A stretch of DNA of 64,000 nt from Candidatus Micrarchaeota archaeon (GCA_018819225.1 JAHJQN010000004.1:287302-351301), one strand, 5' to 3'; positions 1 to 10,604 are shown, counted from the stretch's first letter. Translations and numbers: made by a program. The notes: generated from the sequence alone by a model not told the origin.

Positions 1-72
1 TGTCTTGTAGGGATGGTTAGAAACGCGTTCCAAGAAAACAGGAGGTCGCGAGTTCAATTCTCGCCGGAGGCT
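1..72 (+). tRNA. tRNA-Thr(UGU), 5'-truncated by window edge, with 27-nt canonical intron (10..36)
   Basis: tgt-CT-TGT-A|intron|A-acagg anticodon arm; BHB helix CTTG/CAAG; T arm gcgag-TTCAATT-ctcgc; acceptor 3' strand cggaggc. Confidence 0.88.
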
Positions 73-304
73 TCCGGAAATAATTATTTTCTGTTTTTCT
101 TTCTGGAACATGACCTCGCCAGTTTGAGTGTGACCTTCGCCGGTTTGGCTCCAACCGTAATTGACTTGAATTCGACGCGTTGAATGAGAATTTCGTGTGC
201 AACGCGTTTCCGCACTGCGGGTACGCGACATCCTTTTCAATCGAACGCCATTTCCGCACAGGACTAAAAAACGGCTTTTGGGTTCGATGAGGGAAACCAG
301 AAAC

Positions 305-1126
305 CTATGCCGTGTTCTGCACGCACGCGTAGTCCGCCTTGACTTCCTCAGGGGAGAGAGCGCGGCTATAGAGCACGACCTGGTCCACGTCGCCGATGTC
401 AAATCCATCGAACAGCACGTTGAACGGATAGTTCTCGTTGTGGTCGGGAATCCAGTCCGTTCCAGGGTATGCTTGCGTGGCATCTTGCATGCCGTCCAAG
501 TATAAGGAAACGGTGTCGGCGTCAAAGTCATAGGTTAAGGCAATATGGTGCCATTGGTTGATTGAAATGACGGTATTTCCAACGAGAGCTGTTCCCGTCA
601 CTCCAACGATTGCGCCAGCGAGTTTCCCATCAACTGATCCGAGGATATACTCGTCCACGAGGGCGACAAAGCTTGCGCTCCCGCCGGCATGTGGTGCCAA
701 GGGATGAATCCATGCCTCTATTGTAAATGATCGTTCGTTGAGGTAGAGCGATTCGTCTCGAGGAACGTCCACTGAAGCGTAGTCGAATCCTGCCCCGGTT
801 TCAAGGTGTATTCCGTTGCCGGATATCCCTGGAACCCAATAGGGGTTCGGCGCGTTCCCATGGACGGTCATCACGCCGTCGCTTCCGCCTGTCGAATCCT
901 TGGCCGTCGCACCGACTCCTTCGTCGAACTTCCACCAGTGAGCCGGCCTTTCCCCCATATACGTCGGAAGGCACGTGAGGCTATTGAACACGCCGAGATT
1001 GCTTTCAATGCCCTGCTTTCCGGCAAAGAGCGTGCTCCTGAGAATGATAAACGTCAGGGCGACAATAAGCAGAACGCCTGCCACAAGCAGAACGTACTCA
1101 AAGGCACCCTGCCCGCGTTTCAGCAT
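305..1126 (-). CDS. Class III signal peptide (pilin-like) protein with LamG/concanavalin-like domain
   Basis: N-terminal KRGQ-GAFEY plus hydrophobic helix; LamG motifs WWKFDE, FTIEAWI, WHHIALTYD, IDQV..YSRALS. Confidence 0.8.
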   Translation of the reverse strand: MLKRGQGAFEYVLLVAGVLLIVALTFIILRSTLFAGKQGIESNLGVFNSLTCLPTYMGERPAHWWKFDEGVGATAKDSTGGSDGVMTVHGNAPNPYWVPGISGNGIHLETGAGFDYASVDVPRDESLYLNERSFTIEAWIHPLAPHAGGSASFVALVDEYILGSVDGKLAGAIVGVTGTALVGNTVISINQWHHIALTYDFDADTVSLYLDGMQDATQAYPGTDWIPDHNENYPFNVLFDGFDIGDVDQVVLYSRALSPEEVKADYACVQNTA

Positions 1127-1236
1127 GCATTCGGTAATGGGTCAGACGCTTTTTATACTTAATCTCGCCAGTATGAGCTTTGTCAAGGAGAAAACCATCG
1201 AAAAAACAATAGAAAGAGTCAGATCCCGTGAAAGGG

Positions 1237-1274
1237 AGGCGGCTCATGTGAGCCGCCTAGAAAAAAGAAAAAAA
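1237..1274 (-). terminator. Hairpin and T-tract downstream of 1277..3088
   Basis: AGGCGGCTCA-tg-TGAGCCGCCT inverted repeat (1237-1258); A-run 1261-1274 is a T-tract on the minus strand. Confidence 0.5.
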
Positions 1275-1276
1275 GG

Positions 1277-3088
1277 TTATTTCTTCTTGCCGCTCTGCTG
1301 ACTGTAATAGTAGTATCCCACTATGGCCACGAGAATCACAACGACAATGATCCAAATCGCGTAGTCAGGTCCAGCAGCTGCTGCCGGAGCAGCCGCCACC
1401 CCACCCGTTGAAGCGGGGCGTTGCGTCGGAATGGCCGTCGGCTTTACCCCATCATCTGCAGGAGTGGTTGCCGCTTTCGTCGAAGGCGCTTGGAACTCCT
1501 CCAATACGCTTTCATCAACGCCCTTGCGGACCGTTACATCCGCTTTGAATTCCTGGTTCGCAGCCAAATTGACATCCCACACGGCGATCAGACTACCTTC
1601 TTCCACATGCGAAGGAGCCGGACTCAATGAAATGACTCCGCTCACGTAGTCCGCGTAATCGAAAGGCAATCGGAACGAAACCGTTCCACGGAAAGCGCTC
1701 GTGGGCTTGTACGACAAGGTGAACGTGGCACGCGAGGCGCCAAACGATCCCTTAACGGATGCACCAGAGCCAATGGTCTTTGTCGACGAACTCAATTCAG
1801 GTTCTTCCTCGTCTTCAGGTTGAACCGAAGGAGCCGATGTCGGAACAGGCGTGGACGTCGAAGTCGAGCAGTCCGGATCCGTTCTTCGGGCGCGTACACA
1901 TAACTCGTTGCAACTTCCGTCGTCAGCACAAGAGGTGGAAAGACCCAAGCAATAGCCTGACGGACAATATGATCCAACCGGACATTGGGTATCCAACGTG
2001 CAAGTAACTCCGGAAGATCCTCCGGTAGGCGTCGGGGTTCCAGAAGACGTGCAGTTGCCAACCGTCATGATGGTTGCGTTGATCGCAAGAATGTGTTCAG
2101 AGTACACGGAGATGTTGGCTTGACCCGTAGAAATACCGGTACCGTTAATGATCACGGCCGTCGTACCATTTCCAGAATAAACGGTAGCCACGTTCGTGTC
2201 ATTGGAAGCCCAGTAAAACTCACCCGTCGTATTCGTATTACCTTGCGCGTCCAATCCATACGCCCCAATCGGCGTCGGAATCGAACAGCCCCCGATATTG
2301 AAATACGCTTGCGTGTTGTTAACGTATACCAAGGTAATATTGCCTGCAGTAACCGTTACAACCGTCGAGTTGGTCGCAGACGCGTTATCCGCATGGAACA
2401 CCGTAATCAATGCCTGCCCCACCAACGTCCCGTTGACGGTCACCTCCAGCGAATTGTTACCAGCAGTCACTTCAGAAACCGTGGATGCGTTCGAAGACCA
2501 GTCCAAATTAGTCGTGCTGTTGACGTTACCATACTGGTCCAAAACAGATGCTAAAATGCGGCTGGAATTCCCTGCGGTAACATTTAACGCGGTAACGTTA
2601 ACGTTTATGGAGTACGCGTTGCCTGCCGTGGCCGTATACGTACCGGTACCACTATCCACGAGATCCGTACTCGGGGTGTCCGTCATGTTATAGGTATAAG
2701 CGGCAAGCGTGTGCAAACCGGTGGTCGTGTTAATAGTAATACCAGCAATCTCCAGCGACACATTCGTGTCTGCTGCAAAACTGGTGTTGGCGAAGTTGTA
2801 GGTCACGTTTTGGCCGCTTACGGCTACCGTACCCGAGCTGGGGATGGTAATTGTTGAAATTACGCTGGCACCGGAGACGGTATAACCAGTCGGGAATTCG
2901 ACGGTAATGTTAGACATATTCAAATGCGCGGTAGGTACGTCAAGCGTAATGTTGAACGCGACATCGCTCGTTCCAACAACCGTGGAGTTGGGGGTCACGT
3001 TCACGGCAGTCAAGGCTGCAGCCGAAGAAAATGAGGCGAGGGTGACTAGCATTAACGAAAACAAAAACACTTTGAACAATGGATTCAT
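1277..3088 (-). CDS. Secreted, C-terminally anchored surface glycoprotein (Ig-like repeats, Cys-rich segment)
   Basis: Signal peptide, many N-x-S/T sequons, WSSN..V Ig-like repeats, Cys cluster, P/T linker, C-terminal TM followed by KKK. Confidence 0.7.
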   Translation of the reverse strand: MNPLFKVFLFSLMLVTLASFSSAAALTAVNVTPNSTVVGTSDVAFNITLDVPTAHLNMSNITVEFPTGYTVSGASVISTITIPSSGTVAVSGQNVTYNFANTSFAADTNVSLEIAGITINTTTGLHTLAAYTYNMTDTPSTDLVDSGTGTYTATAGNAYSINVNVTALNVTAGNSSRILASVLDQYGNVNSTTNLDWSSNASTVSEVTAGNNSLEVTVNGTLVGQALITVFHADNASATNSTVVTVTAGNITLVYVNNTQAYFNIGGCSIPTPIGAYGLDAQGNTNTTGEFYWASNDTNVATVYSGNGTTAVIINGTGISTGQANISVYSEHILAINATIMTVGNCTSSGTPTPTGGSSGVTCTLDTQCPVGSYCPSGYCLGLSTSCADDGSCNELCVRARRTDPDCSTSTSTPVPTSAPSVQPEDEEEPELSSSTKTIGSGASVKGSFGASRATFTLSYKPTSAFRGTVSFRLPFDYADYVSGVISLSPAPSHVEEGSLIAVWDVNLAANQEFKADVTVRKGVDESVLEEFQAPSTKAATTPADDGVKPTAIPTQRPASTGGVAAAPAAAAGPDYAIWIIVVVILVAIVGYYYYSQQSGKKK

Positions 3089-3263
3089 AGTATAACATCA
3101 CCTACGGATTGTTAGAGTGAGAAAGTGTCAAGGCCTATAAAAGCATTTGCATTGCAAATAGCAGGACGTGTAGCCTCCAACATCCCCGTCGAATAACCCA
3201 TTCCATTAAACGCAATAGATTAAAATAGAGGTTAAATAGAAGAAGTTAAGAAGGTGATTACGA

Positions 3264-3494
3264 ATGGCGCGAATGATTATTCACGAGGCAAAAGGTCCCG
3301 TGGAACTCAGAGTAGGGAATGAAAGCAAGTGGATTTGTAAATGCGGTTTGTCCAAAAACACGCCGTACTGTGACGGATCGCATAAAAAGACGGCCGATGA
3401 ACCCGAAGGAAAAGTATTCAAATACGCTGAGGATGGGACGAGGAAAGAAGTCTGGCAGGAAGGGAGTAACCGAAAAGCTATTGCAAGTGCTTGA
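3264..3494 (+). CDS. CDGSH iron-sulfur domain protein
   Basis: [17 protein letters not shown] motif; GGTGA SD upstream. Confidence 0.9.
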   Translation: MARMIIHEAKGPVELRVGNESKWICKCGLSKNTPYCDGSHKKTADEPEGKVFKYAEDGTRKEVWQEGSNRKAIASA

Positions 3495-4209
3495 CCTTCG
3501 GGAATTCTTTCACGCCCACTTCTCGGTCAATAACGAAAGGAACCATGTCGCCCACTTGGCATTGCTCCATGATCGGGGAAACGAATTCCTTCTCCTTTTC
3601 GCTTCGCGTGACGTCGAATCCGGAAGCCAACGGTGAAAGCGAAGGCAGTACGATCAGCGTTTGATCGCGGTACTTCCCGCGCAGCAAGCACTTGAACTTG
3701 TGCGCCACGCCTATTTCATCGCGTATGCTGACCGCGGGATGCACGTGACCGATGACCAGCGTGTGAAACGGTTTCCAGCGCCTGAAGCCCGGGTAATCGC
3801 TCAAAAGCCGGTGCCCGTGAACGAACAAATATCCGGATTCTTGATACGCGTCCACAAGCCTCATTTCCTGATCGCGAAGAATCTTTCCAAGAAACGCATC
3901 GTGATTTCCGCGGACGAAAATCGTTTGAACGCGCTTGGACTTCAGAAACCGGAGCAACGACAACACTTCTTCCCACTCCTGTTGATGCGGACGCGAAAAA
4001 TGGTGTTTCACGTCCCCATTGATCAGAACGCGCTTCGCATGCGTCGCGCGAAGCATATCGCGCAAAGCAACTTCCACTTCAGCATATTGAGAAACCGGGA
4101 CGTGGATGCCTTGCGCTTGCAGTACCGCCTCGTATCCAAACTGCAGATCCGAAATCGCGAGCAGATCCATCTCCTCAAAAAAGACGCCCGCCTGTTGGAG
4201 AACCCGCAT
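3478..4209 (-). CDS. Calcineurin-like metallophosphoesterase (Lhr-associated type)
   Basis: DLQFG, NGDVKH, RGNHD, HGH and GHVHP motifs; same strand as lhr. Confidence 0.85.
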   Translation of the reverse strand: MRVLQQAGVFFEEMDLLAISDLQFGYEAVLQAQGIHVPVSQYAEVEVALRDMLRATHAKRVLINGDVKHHFSRPHQQEWEEVLSLLRFLKSKRVQTIFVRGNHDAFLGKILRDQEMRLVDAYQESGYLFVHGHRLLSDYPGFRRWKPFHTLVIGHVHPAVSIRDEIGVAHKFKCLLRGKYRDQTLIVLPSLSPLASGFDVTRSEKEKEFVSPIMEQCQVGDMVPFVIDREVGVKEFPKVKHLQ

Positions 4210-4605
4210 TCAGTGATCCACCTCCTTCACCAAAGCGCGCACGCGTTTCTCGAGTTCGTCGCGCGTTTGCCGATAGCTATCCAGACGGCCATACGGACAA
4301 CCCACATCCCATTCCGCAACGTGGGAACCCTTCACTTCAAACCTCGCGCCGCCCATGACAATGACGTTATACGCGGCCGAAAGCAGGTGTGGAGTCAACC
4401 GGCGCGGGACGTGGGCACGAACATCCAACCCCCGTTCCTTCATCACGACAACCACTTCCGGTTTAATGGAGGAAGAGGGATCCATGCCCGCGCTCTCCGC
4501 ACGCGAATGCCGAGCCCATTGATTGAAAAATGCCTCGGCCATCGGACTCCGAATCCCGTTATGCGAGCAAACGAATAAGACGATGCGTTTCTTCATCCCG
4601 TCCAC
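4210..4605 (-). CDS. Low-molecular-weight phosphatase / ArsC-like protein
   Basis: LFVCSHNGIRSPMAEA P-loop (CX5R); SAG motif. Confidence 0.8.
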   Translation of the reverse strand: MDGMKKRIVLFVCSHNGIRSPMAEAFFNQWARHSRAESAGMDPSSSIKPEVVVVMKERGLDVRAHVPRRLTPHLLSAAYNVIVMGGARFEVKGSHVAEWDVGCPYGRLDSYRQTRDELEKRVRALVKEVDH

Positions 4606-7370
4606 CTCGGCCGTTTTCGGGGAAGGCGACGGCTCGGCTTCAACGGATTAAAGGGTTCCGGCGCCTCTTTTTTTCGCTCGGGTTCCAAATTCACGGGAGC
4701 CTCAGGCACGGATTTACCCAATCGTTTGAGAACCAAAGAATGCAGGCGTTCAAGTATGGCGCGCCGATCCGCCAAGAGCACGACGTCGGAAATACCTTGC
4801 GTAATAAGCAATTGAGCAAACGGAGACGGAAGATCGTAAGGCTTCAGAATCGAAAGCTGCAATTCATTTTTGCGCAAGCGTTCCTGGATGACGCGCGCGT
4901 TGCGCAAATCCATGTGGTCCTCCAAGATCTCGCGAAACGTTTCCTTCACGACCGGAAAATTCGCGAGACGGGACGAAATACCGAACAATACGTGCGCGCT
5001 CATCTGCATTTTGCCCACGGAACGCTTTCGCCCCATATAATTACGAAGAATCATGAACGAACGGACGGCCACATGCCGGAATTTTCGCCGCAATGTTTCC
5101 GTGCGTTGAATCGCCTCCATGGCCTCCTCATCCAAATGAAGCCGCGCAAACATAAACAGTTGTTTCTTGATATCCACGTGCACGGCCCGCGTACACGTGA
5201 GCACGAATCCGTTGTCATTAAAGGAGATGAGCACGTTGCGGTTGATTTCGTGCGAAATGCGCTTCGCAAGAATCTTGCTCAACACTTCGTTGACGCGCCT
5301 CCCGAACAACGCGTGAAAGATAAAATGCCTTCGCCCCTCGGACTGGAACTCCTCCACAATCAAGCGCTCGTCCGAATGAAATCCGTGAAAGCCCAAGAGC
5401 TTGAAAAACCCCATTTGCTCCGCAAAATAATGGTAAATGGCTAGCGCCGCATTTTCATTGCACGAGCATTCCTTTCGAATATAGGCGAGCACCTCTGGTT
5501 GCCCCTTGTTTTGCATCGCCAACGCCAAGTTCCCCCGGAAACGGCCGATCGCGGACGCCAAATCAAACGAAAGCGGAAGCATTTCCGAAAACCATTGGGG
5601 AATCGTCGGTCGCATCCCTCCCGCCTTGGAAACGTAACACTGCATGCCCCTCGCATACTCGAATTGATACGTCTTCCCGCCCAGAACAAAACGGTCTCCT
5701 TTCTTCAAACGCTCCAGAAAATCCTCTTCAATATTTCCAATATGCATGCCCGCCGGATGCAAATTCACGCGAACGGAAACCTCGTCGGGAATCGTTCCGA
5801 TGTTGGTGCAATAAATGATGCGAACGAGTTTCCCGCGCTTTCCAAACGCGTTCTTCTCCTCGTCAAACCAAATTTTGCCATACACGCGATATTTTTCCAG
5901 CTGACCGAAACCCCCCGATAGAAATCTCAATACATTCAAGAAATCGTCGCGGGAAAGATTCCGATAACAATAACTTTGTTTCACGAGCTGAAACGCCTCT
6001 TCCACGTCCCACGGCTTCTCGATCGCCAACCCGACCACGTGCTGCGCCAATACATCCAACGCGTTCTGCGGAATCTGCACGCGGTCTATATGCCCTTTTT
6101 TCGCCTCGGAAAGCATCACACCCATTTCCACGACGTCATCCCGATCCAACGCGATGAGCTTGCTTTCCGAGACCTTGTAAATATCGTGACCGCTTCGACC
6201 CGTCCGTTGGAGCGCTCGCGCAACGCTCTTCGGCGAACCCACCTGCACCACCAAATCAATATACCCGATATCAATGCCCAACTCGAGCGACGTCGAACAC
6301 ACGACCGCTTTTAACTCGCCGTTCTTCAAACGATTTTCCACTTTCTGCCGCTCCGAACGCGACAACGAGGAATGGTGCGCCTCCAAGCCCTCCCCGTACG
6401 TCCCCGGAAAATAGTTTTTCAAATGATGCACGATGCGCTCCGTTCCCGCCCGCGTGTTCGTGAAAATCAACGTCGTGCGATGCGATCGAATCAATTCATC
6501 CAGAATTTTATACGAACGTTTTTGAAGCTGGTCTTGCGTCACGTACACGAGATCCGGAGACGGAGAAAGGAGTTCAATATCCATTTTTTTGGAGAATTGG
6601 GCGTTCACGATCGTGCAATCCCGACTACGACCGTCCTGGTAACCCACGAGAAATTCAGCGACGTCTTCGAGAGGGGCTATCGTCGCGCTTAAACCGATGC
6701 GTGAAAACGTTTTTTTATTCAAGCGCTGCAATCGCTCGATGCTCAACGACAAGTGAACGCCGCGCTTGGAATTGCATAGCTCATGGATCTCATCCACCAC
6801 CATCCATTGAACGGCCTGAAAATTCTCGATGAATTTCGGGGACGCGAGAATGATGGCGAGCGACTCCGGGGTCGTAATCAAAATGTGAGGCGGTTTTTTA
6901 GCCATGCGCGCGCGCTCCGCCGGCGGGGTATCTCCCGAACGCATCGCCACGCGAACCCCGTGCGTTTTGCCCGTGGCTTGCTGGAAAGCCGCTTCCATTT
7001 CCTTCAACGGCGCACTCAAGTTTTTCTCGATGTCGGCAGCCAAGGCGCGCAACGGCGAAACGTATACGCAGTACACGCGATCCTCCAACTTCTTTTTCTC
7101 CGCCAGTTGCACCAACTCGTTGAGAATGCTCAAGAAGGCCGTGAACGTTTTCCCGCTTCCCGTTGGCGCCGATATCAACGCGTTCTGGCGGTCGTGGATC
7201 AACGTTACGCCGTACTGTTGAGGCAGCGTGATTTCCTTGAATTGGGAAAACCACTGGGCGACCGTAGGATGGAGCAGCTGCAAAAGCTCTTTTCGGGTAG
7301 ACGCGTGATGGGCTTCCGTCAACAATTCGAATGACAACTCCTCCCGCGAAAAGCGGAAGCCAGATATCAT
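4593..7370 (-). CDS. lhr: Lhr-family ATP-dependent SF2 helicase
   Basis: APTGSGKT, TTPESL, DEIH, GLSAT, HHSSLS, SLELGIDIG, QRTGRSGH motifs. Confidence 0.92.
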   Translation of the reverse strand: MISGFRFSREELSFELLTEAHHASTRKELLQLLHPTVAQWFSQFKEITLPQQYGVTLIHDRQNALISAPTGSGKTFTAFLSILNELVQLAEKKKLEDRVYCVYVSPLRALAADIEKNLSAPLKEMEAAFQQATGKTHGVRVAMRSGDTPPAERARMAKKPPHILITTPESLAIILASPKFIENFQAVQWMVVDEIHELCNSKRGVHLSLSIERLQRLNKKTFSRIGLSATIAPLEDVAEFLVGYQDGRSRDCTIVNAQFSKKMDIELLSPSPDLVYVTQDQLQKRSYKILDELIRSHRTTLIFTNTRAGTERIVHHLKNYFPGTYGEGLEAHHSSLSRSERQKVENRLKNGELKAVVCSTSLELGIDIGYIDLVVQVGSPKSVARALQRTGRSGHDIYKVSESKLIALDRDDVVEMGVMLSEAKKGHIDRVQIPQNALDVLAQHVVGLAIEKPWDVEEAFQLVKQSYCYRNLSRDDFLNVLRFLSGGFGQLEKYRVYGKIWFDEEKNAFGKRGKLVRIIYCTNIGTIPDEVSVRVNLHPAGMHIGNIEEDFLERLKKGDRFVLGGKTYQFEYARGMQCYVSKAGGMRPTIPQWFSEMLPLSFDLASAIGRFRGNLALAMQNKGQPEVLAYIRKECSCNENAALAIYHYFAEQMGFFKLLGFHGFHSDERLIVEEFQSEGRRHFIFHALFGRRVNEVLSKILAKRISHEINRNVLISFNDNGFVLTCTRAVHVDIKKQLFMFARLHLDEEAMEAIQRTETLRRKFRHVAVRSFMILRNYMGRKRSVGKMQMSAHVLFGISSRLANFPVVKETFREILEDHMDLRNARVIQERLRKNELQLSILKPYDLPSPFAQLLITQGISDVVLLADRRAILERLHSLVLKRLGKSVPEAPVNLEPERKKEAPEPFNPLKPSRRLPRKRPRWTG

Positions 7371-7415
7371 GCTTATGAATAGATAAAAGCGTTGCGTTGA
7401 ATACCCCGGTTTCTA

Positions 7416-8987
7416 TTAAGGAGTTCCGCGGAATTGCGAAGGACGGAAGGGACGGTCGGAGGAATCCGTCGGTTCCGAAGGTCCCATGGTCTTAGGAGCC
7501 GACGAGGGCGGTTTCTTGGCCGGATGCGCATCCGTGGCCTTTTGGATAAGCTTCGGCATCAGGATCTCGGAATAGAATTTCTGCATAAACAAGTTGACGT
7601 CTTCAATGCGATGAATATTCTTCTCCACCAAATAACCGAGCAGTTGAGAGCGCTGTTTCATCTCGTTATTGATTTCAGGAATGGACAGGCCCACCATCTT
7701 CGACAATTTTTCTTTGGCTTGCGAAGGCAGCGACGTCTCCTGCACGCGGAACGTATCCAAATTGAAATCAAAAATCTCGTTCACCGTGACATTGCCTTCC
7801 AAGCGCGACAATTCCGCCACCTGCGTAATTCGGCGAATGAGTCCTTCCTTCTTGCTATTAATGCGGTGCTGCACCACCACGATATCGACCAACGGAATCA
7901 AGTCCGGAGACACTTCCATGGGATAGCCTTTCAAGCGCTTCACGGAATCCTTCGCGTCCTCGGCATGCAACGTAGTGAGCATGCCGCGATGACCCACATT
8001 CATGGCCGTAAACAACGGCAACGCCTCTTTTCCGCGCACTTCCCCGACAATGATGCGGTCCGGACGCATGCGAAGCGAGTTTCGAACCAATGATTCCAAA
8101 TCCATTTCCTCCGTCGTCCGCGTCGGAATCCAGTTCTGCATTCCATATAAATTCAATTCCCGCGTATCTTCCATGCTGACGATTCGCTCGGAAGGCGGAA
8201 TGAAACTGCTTAATGCATTCAACGTCGTTGTTTTCCCGCTCGCCGTCGCCCCGACAATCATGATGTTCAACGGATGCAAGCGTAATCCATCAATGCATAC
8301 CCAAAGAAACGAGGCCAAATCAACGGAAAACGTGTGGTTCTTGATTAAGTCCACAATACTGAAAGGCTGCACGCGAAACTTTCGAATGGTTACGGAAACG
8401 TGTTTCGTGGCCGGCGGATGCAGAATATTGGCCCGGCTGCCGTCCGGCAACCGCAAATCCTCATACACTCGCCCGCCTTGCGACGTCATTTGTTGCAAGA
8501 AAAACTCGAATTGACGTTCACTCGAAAACTCCAAGTTCGTTTTGCAAATGCCCAGCGTTCGATGAAAAACGTAAATTTCAATCGCGTTATTGATCATGAT
8601 TTCTTCGAGATCCCCGTCTTCGAATAACGGTTGAACCACCAGGAAACCGAACAACCGATCCATGATCTGATACGCCAAGACTTTTTGCTGCAAGGGATCT
8701 GACACCAGTTTGGAGACCAAGAGCTCCAGGCTTTCGAGCACGTGCCGACGCTCCTCCACTTCCAAGGGCTTTCCAATCTTCGTTTCATCGATCGTCGCCA
8801 GAAATTCTCGGAAAAACGATTCCTCCGATTCGGCGCGGTATTGCTGCAAAAAAGCCTCGAGGGCCGTTTTACGCCCGACCATGGAAGCAAATGACATGAT
8901 CAACTGCTCTTGCTCCGCATTCAGGTCCGGCTGTTTCACGATATATTTAGAAAACGGATAATCCACTTCCACAGTCGCATTGAACAT
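7416..8987 (-). CDS. Type IV pilus / secretion ATPase (VirB11/CpaF/TadA family)
   Basis: GATASGKTT, EDTREL, LRMRPDRIIVGEVRG, TTLHA. Start placed at ATG 8987 because the longer ORF overlaps the divergent gene. Confidence 0.88.
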   Translation of the reverse strand: MFNATVEVDYPFSKYIVKQPDLNAEQEQLIMSFASMVGRKTALEAFLQQYRAESEESFFREFLATIDETKIGKPLEVEERRHVLESLELLVSKLVSDPLQQKVLAYQIMDRLFGFLVVQPLFEDGDLEEIMINNAIEIYVFHRTLGICKTNLEFSSERQFEFFLQQMTSQGGRVYEDLRLPDGSRANILHPPATKHVSVTIRKFRVQPFSIVDLIKNHTFSVDLASFLWVCIDGLRLHPLNIMIVGATASGKTTTLNALSSFIPPSERIVSMEDTRELNLYGMQNWIPTRTTEEMDLESLVRNSLRMRPDRIIVGEVRGKEALPLFTAMNVGHRGMLTTLHAEDAKDSVKRLKGYPMEVSPDLIPLVDIVVVQHRINSKKEGLIRRITQVAELSRLEGNVTVNEIFDFNLDTFRVQETSLPSQAKEKLSKMVGLSIPEINNEMKQRSQLLGYLVEKNIHRIEDVNLFMQKFYSEILMPKLIQKATDAHPAKKPPSSAPKTMGPSEPTDSSDRPFRPSQFRGTP

Positions 8988-9047
8988 GTGTAACTCATTC
9001 CGGCAGTCTATAAAAAGCTTACCTGCTTTAAACGATCGGTGGTTCGC

Positions 9048-9431
9048 ATGCCCGGTATGACGGCAAAAGAAGCTTATCTGGAAGGACGCATTATTGGTTT
9101 GCATAACCTGATTAACGTGTTAAAAGAATCCGTGGATTCCGATGACAAAGTCGAAATGACGACCATCGTCAAATCCATGGTCAACCACATCGCGGACGAA
9201 ATGGATGAAATCATCAAGGAAATGCATAACGTTCATTCGGAAGCCGGAACGGAAGTCCCTCCCATGCTCCAAGACGTTCAGAAGAAAGCAGCAGTCATTC
9301 GAAGGGAGGCACCCGAAATCGAAGAAAATCCAGAAGAGGCGCCCCAGCAAGTCAAGAAGCACGTCAACCAATCGGACGACTTGATGAACAGCCTCATGGA
9401 GCTCCGAAAGAAAACCGCGGGAAGAAGTTAA
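9048..9431 (+). CDS. Hypothetical acidic helical protein
   Basis: ORF with GGTGG SD before ATG 9048; no recognised motif. Confidence 0.6.
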   Translation: MPGMTAKEAYLEGRIIGLHNLINVLKESVDSDDKVEMTTIVKSMVNHIADEMDEIIKEMHNVHSEAGTEVPPMLQDVQKKAAVIRREAPEIEENPEEAPQQVKKHVNQSDDLMNSLMELRKKTAGRS

Positions 9432-9481
9432 GCCCATTCGAAGGCCTTAAAAACGTCCAACCCGCTAATTTTGAATGCAGT

Positions 9482-9728
9482 CTCCAAGCTGGCCGGGGAG
9501 CTAGAGGTTCCCTATCATCGCCAATCCTCTTTACGGCGAGCGGTGGTTGGAGCGAGGAAAAGACGTCAACGTGCAGTCCGGTCAACGCCGTCGATGTCTC
9601 GCCTCATGTTATGTTTTTGAGTACGAATGGGCCAGGCCGGAAGGAGCAACCCTAAGCACTGAAGAGCATGCTCATGAGAACCGAGGCGGAGGCAATGATT
9701 GGAGTCCCTGCATGCGGACGTTTTTTTC
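9482..9728 (+). ncRNA. Signal recognition particle RNA (large, Alu-containing)
   Basis: Helix-8 signature GGG-CCAGG-CC-GGAA-GG-AGCAA-CCC (9629-9652); long helix pairing 9557-9601 with ~9682-9728; 5' domain closed by CTCCAA/TTGGAG; ends in T-run. Confidence 0.85.
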
Positions 9729-9769
9729 AAAGCCCAACGTGCTCGGAGGCTGCACTCTTTACACTCGCG

Positions 9770-10558
9770 TCAACCGAACTCCACCGTTCCCGGCAGCAGA
9801 CGCGAAATCTCGTCCTGCACTCCCGGAATATGTTCCGCATCCAACTTTTTGGCAATCGTTAACGATGCGGAATGCTTGCTCCGTGAACCCGGCACCAATA
9901 ACACGTTTTTCGTCGAAGCGGGAACGGAATGCGATTCTGGAAACACTACAAAACGGCGGTCATCGCGAACGAGTCGTATCTTGAGCGGCACGTGCCGATG
10001 AAAATTCTTTTTACCGTAAATCATGAATCCACCTTTCGCCACAAATTCACCGTGCGAATACTTGCTGACTTGCTGGGGATTCGCGGAAAAAACGTCTGCG
10101 ATGGCGTGCTGGGCTTTCCATGCGCTCGAGAAACAAGCCGCAAACTGGGCCGCCTCATTTTTTTCTTCCTCGCTCGCGTGTTGGCCTTCTTTCAACACGA
10201 CGGCCGAAGCCCCGTGAACATCCGCGTGAAAGAACAGGTCTTGAGCATCCATGTGTTTGGCGACTAATAGCTCGTTTTGCTTCGCGTCACGACCGGCCAA
10301 ACACCGTTTTCCCCCGCTCGTGATAAAATGATGGAATTTCTCGAACCACATGCGTTCCCGAGAAACTTTAATGGTTACCCTCTTCTCCGATTTCGCGTAT
10401 TTCAAACGGTTTTCTTGACTCCGGATTTTTTTCCGCGTGACCTCTAGAGCTTTCACCAATCCCTCGCGCTTTTTCTTCAGTTTTTTTGCCTGCTCGTAGT
10501 ACTTCGCCGCGTTTTCTTCCAGCGACTTCGAGGCATCGAGAATGATTTCCAGAGACAT
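9770..10558 (-). CDS. NFACT RNA-binding domain protein (C-terminal part of Rqc2/FbpA family)
   Basis: ENAAKYYEQAKK coiled coil; WFEKF, AGRDAKQNE, FFHADVHGAS, KGGFMIYGK. Confidence 0.85.
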   Translation of the reverse strand: MSLEIILDASKSLEENAAKYYEQAKKLKKKREGLVKALEVTRKKIRSQENRLKYAKSEKRVTIKVSRERMWFEKFHHFITSGGKRCLAGRDAKQNELLVAKHMDAQDLFFHADVHGASAVVLKEGQHASEEEKNEAAQFAACFSSAWKAQHAIADVFSANPQQVSKYSHGEFVAKGGFMIYGKKNFHRHVPLKIRLVRDDRRFVVFPESHSVPASTKNVLLVPGSRSKHSASLTIAKKLDAEHIPGVQDEISRLLPGTVEFG

Positions 10559-10604
10559 GAAGTCATAACGTAAACAACGCTTTTAAAGCATGAAATCCTA
10601 GTCA

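Noticed and set aside
9547-9984. ORFs over 9547-10001
   Set aside because: They overlap the SRP RNA and lie antisense to the NFACT gene
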